This document shows, piece by piece, positions 57,239 to 64,000 of a DNA stretch of 64,000 nt. Both the position numbers and the translations under genes were made by a program. This DNA is from Bugula neritina. Taxonomy: Eukaryota > Animalia > Bryozoa. Where the stretch lies: the NCBI GenBank assembly GCA_964035545.1, contig OZ037769.1, positions 5,189,929 to 5,253,928 on the forward strand. Reading direction: 5' to 3'. Position 1 is the first letter of the stretch; every line of letters begins with the position of its first letter. The notes beneath the pieces are model-generated. The model ran no database searches and was not told the origin of the DNA. It worked only from the letters and a program-made list of their open reading frames with translations.

Positions 57239-60200
57239 ATGAGAGCTCTACACTCAAGAAAATGCAAGCCTAATTGCAAATGCATGTGTTTTATTTCATT
57301 GGTATTTGCTATAACTGGCTTTATGTCTATGCTATTGACTACTTACAACACAAAGTTGAAAGGTAAATGTTTAATTTATTTATACAAAATAAAATTAGGA
57401 ATCTTGTAAAATACTGAATAAGTCACAATGGATGCTGATTGATGTTTTACACTATTTTGTGTCTCTTTAGCAGCTAATGGTCATGAGGATGGCAACAGAA
57501 CAGCATGTTCCAAAAAATACAATGACCAATCAGAAACTAGTAGAAAACCTAGTGGTGCACAGAAAATAAGATCTACTTCTAGCTTCACTAACTCTAAAAA
57601 TGGCAACATAACCAAGTCATTTACACTTAGCAACATAGCCAAAAAGCAAGAAAACTACCACGCAGAATCTGCTACTTCCATTTTTGATTCTGCCAAAACC
57701 AACTCACTAACAAATCTAAAGCTGATAACAGATCTGAAGAGCGATCCAAATGCCCCAGGTAAATATTCATTACGGTACAATTTTCAGCAAGATCAATCTA
57801 AGAATTGTGCTCAAATAGATCTCGCTGATATCAATCGGATGTCGATCCATGGAAAGCCAGTGGCAATGTTTTCTAAAATGGAACAAAGCCAACCATATAT
57901 ACAATTGTGAAATCTGTAAACAGTACTAACTTCTCTATTTTCTATTTCATGCAGCACCTGATTTAATGTTTTAATAATTGTTAACATCTTAAGCTACATT
58001 GATATGAGCAGCATTTTTTAAAACTATTTACAATTTTTCATTATGGACCAACTACATATGCAAATAGTATCTCATTGACAAACTGCCAGTATTACGCTAC
58101 ATTATGCTAATTTTGTTTTTGTTGACCTCAAAAGTTCGTCTTATTTGGTTCTCCTTAGTTCTTATCTCACTCTTTGCATTCCTTCTTCAGTACTGTTGAC
58201 TTCAAGTAGCCTAGTATTCTTATCTAGATCAATACCATTAGCGGCAGCTTTGACAAAACCTAATAAGAGCCATACAGAGATCATTAAATAGATACTGTCT
58301 AGGTCAATGAGAGTTTGAAAGAAATTGATAAAGTAATGCCCAGTCAAGCATTCAACAGTCAAATTGGCAAAGAAAAGTTGTTGGTATGAAAATGTCATGA
58401 AATCAAAACCTGAAGATTAAAGGATATTATTTTTAATTGATATGTATAGGTAAAAATCTCATCTACTTAACTACGGGGCAATATCTAACCATCTGGTCAC
58501 GCAGCAAAATACTTAACTCTTTTTGTATTGTTCTCTTGCAAGACAATACAAGCCGTCATTGCACTTCTTCTATTACCTGAATCTTTTATCCTTCTACCTC
58601 AAAATAAAAACATCACTGAAGGGTTTCACCTTTTTAGCGTTTAAACCCTATCGCTGCAATGCTCCCGACCATCATACAGTTCTAACTATTTATCAGACAC
58701 AAACTTATTCAGTTGTACATTATAACCTTTTATACACGTCCTTATGGCTCCCAGCACTGTGCACACTTGATGCTCAACTGCATCGCTTTTTTTATTTCCT
58801 AATAAGGTGTGTGTCATTAATTCTCAACTTTAGGGCTGCCAGTGATCTGTATGTTCAAGTTTTGCTGGACATCTAAATATTCCATACACATTGTAATGGT
58901 TTTAAAAGATAATCTGTCATCTTCTTTCAGATTTTCAGATAGATTTCTGTGTATGCGTATGCTAAACACATATAGTTTTTTGGTAGCGTTTTGGTAGCTT
59001 TCCAAAAACCATTGTGTAACGAAAGCTATTTGTGAAAGCTTTCGCCTTAGCTATTTACTGACAGTTTTTGTTCGATGAGTCAGTGTAGCTCAATTTTTCT
59101 CCTGCTAAAGATGCAGGCAATCTATACTTAATTGTCAAAACAATTGTAAGTATCAAGTGCTATATTATCTTTTGTTTTGAACTTTATTAACTAAATGGTT
59201 TGTTAGATATGTAATTAATGTTAAGTTAACATATGGCTATAGGTTACAGTATGAGCATGAGTCTAAGTTTGAATGTGAGCTCAAGTCTAAGTCTAACTTA
59301 AAAATATACTGTTGGCAATAGACAAAAATAGAGTTGTGGCCTGCTTCTGTGTCTTCCATCCATTCACCCTTCATTAAGTGAATCACAATACATAAGCATC
59401 CGTGCCAAACAGCACCCGTGCTGACGCAGCAACAATTATCAGCTGAAACAGTAACCATTATCGGCTGTCACAATACTGTAAAGAATTTCAAATGTTCCCA
59501 GTTGTAATCTATAATAATGTTGTGCTGCTTCCTTTACTTTAATAACACCACAAAGGCTACATATACTTTAGGAGAGTTTGGTAAAGGTGTACAAATCAAC
59601 TCAACTAATCTAACGGGTGAAGCAGCTATAAGATACAAAAAAAGATTTGAAATAACTTCATACAATGAGTATGTGAGTGACATGATTTCTACCAGAAGAC
59701 GGCTGCCTGATTACAGAGATCTAGGGTAAATTGTTTCTGTCTAAACTATTACAAAATTGTGGTCATCACGATTATAGTAATCAGCTTCCCTAATAGTTTG
59801 AATTAACTTCTTAACACTTGAATGAAAAGCAAACTTGGTAATGTTTGTGTTTATCAACTGTTTTTTACAATATTAGCCGTTGAATTAAAATATTTTATGC
59901 ATTCCAATCTAAAAAGAGCATCTGACAAAACTATATTAATTTTGTTGTTAATATCAATTTTAATGTCAACATTGACAATAGTTTCACAATGACTAATTTT
60001 GTTCTATAAATAACTAAATACTATTTATGTAGTATAGACTTCCAATGAGATTTTTAAATGAATCTATTGCGGAGACTCAATAAAAATTTATAACAACAGA
60101 TTAATTTTTTTCTCTTATAATGCATGGTTGCAATCTTTACTCTAGCATATTGTGTAAACAGTAAAGGCAACGTGGTTTTAAATCTTAACTAGCCGGGCCT

Positions 60201-61613
60201 ATCATTATTAGATCCAAATTTATGGCATCTGCTTTAGGTGTAAAGTCAAAACCTATGCTGAAGAATTACCAACAACAAGTCTGATACTCATATTTCACAA
60301 CGAGGCTCTTTCAACTCTGCTCCGCTCTGTGTATAGCATTATAGACAGAAGTGACCCTAAACTCCTCAAAGAAGTCATTTTGGTTGACGACTTCTCCAAT
60401 AGAGGTGACTTAATTTTTTTCTGGCATTGCAAATTAGTAAAGTATCTGTTAGATTTAGTTTGTTGCCACATAACCAGCCACTAGTTTTTCTGTAAAAAAA
60501 CTCACGCAAGTTTATAGTCACTATTCCTGTGAGAAACCCCTGATAGAAAGAGTTTTTGTTGAAGTGGGCTAAGGACTTATTTAAATGAGGCACAGGAGCA
60601 ATTATGACTGGATGCTTTTCCTAACATCACCAATGTCCTTTGTCTAGGCTCGAACCCATGACCTTCGTATTTACCAGGCAAACGCTCTAACCCCTAGACC
60701 ACGACTAGTTTATCTGTAAGCATATATTAAATGCTCAAAATTGCTTACAAAGACTTCACTTTTGGAAGAACCCATGAAGTCAATGGATATTTTTGCTCCC
60801 TAATCTCTGTGCATCTGCCCTAGTAATAACTAAGCAATTGTTTATTTTATCTTTTACTACGCATAACTCAATATTAATAACTTTTGATGTACCTATATAT
60901 GTAGTTTTATATTAAGGCTTTTGAATGCAATTATTCATGTTACTTTGATAATAATATTGTTACTGAGATGACAAAATGAGGGAAACAGTCAACAACTATT
61001 AATATGGTTATCAAGGATGTGTATATAAATCAACAAAAAGTTAACATCTTGGAGCAATAAGTGTATAAAATAGTAAGTCAACTGCTGACAGTTCTAATTG
61101 ATTTTGCTTAATATAACATTTAAATAATCTTTAGGATAACTATACTAAGAGCGCTTTTTGTCAAAAGGCTGTCTTTTAAATTTTTGTAGTGCCAACATAT
61201 AAATTTTTTGCAAGAATTGACTTTTTATAAGTTAGTAAAAAACTCCTGCACGCATTGAAGCTTGAAATAAATAATAGGTTGTTTTAAAACTAGTAAGCAT
61301 CATATTTCTTTTCAATAAATAAGCTAAATTTAGTTTATAACATTAAACAAATAGGTTTCAGTTCAAATATTTACCTAAAGGTATTTAAACATGGTACTAC
61401 TGTAGCTGAACTAAGACAAGAGCTAGATGATTATATAAAAGATCTGGAGAAAGTTCGAGTTCTTCGTCTAAAGAAAAGAGAAGGTCTAATAAGAGCCAGG
61501 TTGGCTGGTGCTAAAGTTGCTAAAGGGCAAGTTCTCACGTTCCTTGACTCTCATATCGAATGTACAGAAGGTGAGTTACAACTGAAGTTATCTTTTCTTC
61601 CTGATTACCATTA

Positions 61614-61699
<86 letters not shown>

Positions 61700-61730
61700 T
61701 ATATATACACATATATATACACATATATAT

Positions 61731-61810
<80 letters not shown>

Positions 61811-62837
61811 TTATAATAGTTATTCTTCTCTTGTTTCCCAGGATGGCTAGAACCAATGCTGGAAGAAATACACAAAGATAGAAATACAGTCTCACAACCA
61901 TCAATAGACCTTATTTCACACGACACATTTGCTTTTAGGCATATTCCTGCTAACAGTATTTTGCTGGGTGCTTTTGACTGGAAAATGAATTTTCTCTGGA
62001 CATTTGTGTCTAAGAGGGAACATCAACGGAGAAATAATGATGTGGTAGGTCTGTGAGACGCAGGTTTTTCTGCTTTTTTGCTAACTTACTCTATGCATGT
62101 TTGTGTAGCCCATGCGTTGCATTGCTTCAACTACTGCAGACTACAATTTCGTCTCTTAGTCAAGCTTGAGAGTGGTCTTAAACTAAAATGGAAACTGCAA
62201 GTTGCTTGTTTCAATTCAATTTCACAGCATTCTGTGATGATTTAATAGCTAGCAACTTTTTGCCATGCTTTGTATTTAGGCAAATATAGATATAGTTTAG
62301 GTTAAGTGGTTTAAATCATACATTTAGCATTTAACCACTCAAAGATAAATGCAGAAAACAGTTTATATAATTGAGGTAGTCTTTGTTTAATGTCTTTTGC
62401 ATTTTGCTTTCTGTTTTTTGCATGAAGCTATCATTTCTTCAATTTGTTCAGTTTACTTTATGAGTTTTTATACATGCAGCATACACAGCTGCAATACATA
62501 AAACTATTCTGTGTGATACCATTGTAGCTAGCACCAATACAGTTTCCAGTCATGGCGGGAGGACGTTTTTCAGCCTGTCCCTAGCATTGTTATACAGTAC
62601 ACAGCTGCAATACATAACATTATTCTGTCTGGTGTCATTGTAGCTAGCACCAATACAGTCTCCAGTCATGGTAGGAGGTCTGTTTTCTATAGACAGGGAG
62701 TACTTCTATGAAATTGGATCTTATGATGAGGGAATGGACATTTATGGAGGAGAAAACATTGAGATGTCTTTTAGAGTCTGGATGTGTGGTGGACGTGTAC
62801 TGATAGTACCATGCTCTTCAGTGGGACACTTGGCTAA
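57239..62837 (+). CDS. GALNT: Polypeptide N-acetylgalactosaminyltransferase paralogue G5, exons 1-7 (3' part outside window)
   Basis: Exons 57239-57362, 57471-57758, 59572-59725, 60238-60404, 61406-61570, 61842-62044, 62644-62837 join in frame. Motifs FHNEA, FLDSH, IYGGEN and VGHLA. Confidence 0.9.
60496..60703 (-). mobile_element. tRNA-derived SINE (family B) with TSD
   Basis: Minus-strand head GTGGTCTAGGGGTTAGAGCG...GGGTTCGAGCC and core GATGTTAGGAAAAGCATCC. 16-bp TSD ACTAGTTT(T/A)TCTGTAA at 60480-60495 and 60704-60719. Confidence 0.85.
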
Positions 62838-63499
62838 GTGAGTTATAGCTATATTTGAAATTCTATAGAGTTTGTGTATATAGATGGCAGAGTACCTAAT
62901 AGGTGTCCTAGTTTAACATTGTTCTTTCATGCATTAAATTACACTGAAGTGACTTCACTTTCTTTTGTACTGATAACAATAATTCAATGATCATGAGTTG
63001 GAGGTTTTTTAAATATATAACAATCTAGAGGCAAGTGGCTTTCATCACTGCAAAACACTAAAGCATAGCTTTATGATGGCTCCCATGAAATGAATTATTG
63101 TTATTATTTATTTGGTGCTGCTTACAATGTATTACGTGCTAGTCTTTATATCTCCTATACTCTAAATTGTATTCTATTTAGGGTCATTCCATGTTTACTT
63201 AACCTTTTAAGGCATTCAAAAAGTTACGCTATGTCAGTTAGAATAATGACGCAAATAATTTTATAAAACTTCCAGAACAAGTAATAACAACTATTAAGTT
63301 CCATTACATTCTCCCCATTGAAAGGCAACCACTTTTTTCGATAACAGAAAAACAATTTGCTCTTCAAAAAAAAAAGCATTCTACAAAATAAAACACACAA
63401 AAAAGAGAAAAAATATCAAGTCAATCAGAACAGTGCATCATGATTAGTTAGGCAGTGCCAAAAAAACACACGCGTAACAATAACATATAGGTATATACA

Positions 63500-64000
63500 T
63501 TTCGGGTGGCAAATGCTGGTGGTTCCCAGCCATCTGTTCCAGTCATCGAATTCGACGCATCAGGCTTTCTATCTCCTTTGTCCATTGATTGAGGTGGCGC
63601 GATAGGCCTGGATTTCTGTATCTAAGTTGCTCTTTTGGCAGAGGGGCGCTCTAACTTGCTGGGTGATAGTTGATTTGGTGACGGTGGTGGTGTTGCCAGC
63701 TCTGGCCTGCTCGGCAGTCATGGCTTCATCTCCCATCTCCTGAGTGGAGTCCAGCTAGTTCATGGGTTCAGGGTATTGTTGCTTACCTGGGCCAACGCTG
63801 GGTGGGTGTCATCCCTGGAGTCGTCCTGCACTGCCAGAGCTACTCTGCATTCGACGTTTGGAGTTTTTACTCGTACTTAGTGCACAACTCTTTGAAGGTA
63901 ATCTGATAGATATTTTGGTGGTCTTCTACTTCTCTCGTTCCTTTCTAAGGTGTCAAACACAAGCGTGTCAGGCTGGCTTGGAAGTTAATCAGGTAGGTAG
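63500..64000 (-). mobile_element. 3' end of pol of a Gypsy element related to 32056-36437, in G5 intron 7 (antisense)
   Basis: The minus strand of ~63503-63630 aligns with 35770-35897. Integrase C-terminal motif ERSRRPPKYLSDY. Continues beyond the window. Confidence 0.75.

Noticed and set aside
62528-62565. Decoy segment as a functional microexon
   Set aside because: The only donor candidate (GAC|GTTTTT) is very weak and would shift frame.
63181-63200. GGGTCATTCCATG as a DNA-transposon terminus
   Set aside because: No partner TIR in the window, so it cannot be supported.

Overview
AT-rich, intron-containing animal genomic DNA, probably from an invertebrate (species not identifiable from the sequence). 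The window holds a tandem/inverted cluster of five polypeptide N-acetylgalactosaminyltransferase genes (GALNT / ppGalNAc-T, GT27 catalytic domain plus ricin-type lectin) sharing an 11-coding-exon structure. G1 (+, 1667-8818) has no recognisable intact first exon. G2 (+, 15367-20420, 635 aa), G3 (+, 23692-30206, 661 aa) and G4 (-, 50471-31220, 633 aa) are complete. G5 (+, from 57239) runs off the window after exon 7. All keep DSH and the second metal His, but share non-canonical active-site changes (MVGG; GHLAK/GHIAK/GHLLK instead of GHVFR; a rebuilt flexible loop). G5 has YGGEN, as in the vertebrate 'Y-subfamily', and G3 has WGAEH. The paralogues are mosaics consistent with gene conversion or unequal crossover. 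The exon-10 splice donor is amplified into a 24-bp minisatellite (~29 copies in G1, 8 in G2). G3 has a GC-AG intron, and G5 has a phase-shifted intron plus a decoy duplicate acceptor. Interspersed elements: two dead Tc1 copies, two degenerate Gypsy copies, Penelope-like fragments with five distinct minimal hammerhead ribozymes (one inside a 473-bp-arm palindrome), hAT and Harbinger-like MITEs, tRNA-derived SINEs and long microsatellites. Exon coordinates were derived by hand from GT/GC-AG sites and cross-paralogue alignment; no transcript data were available.
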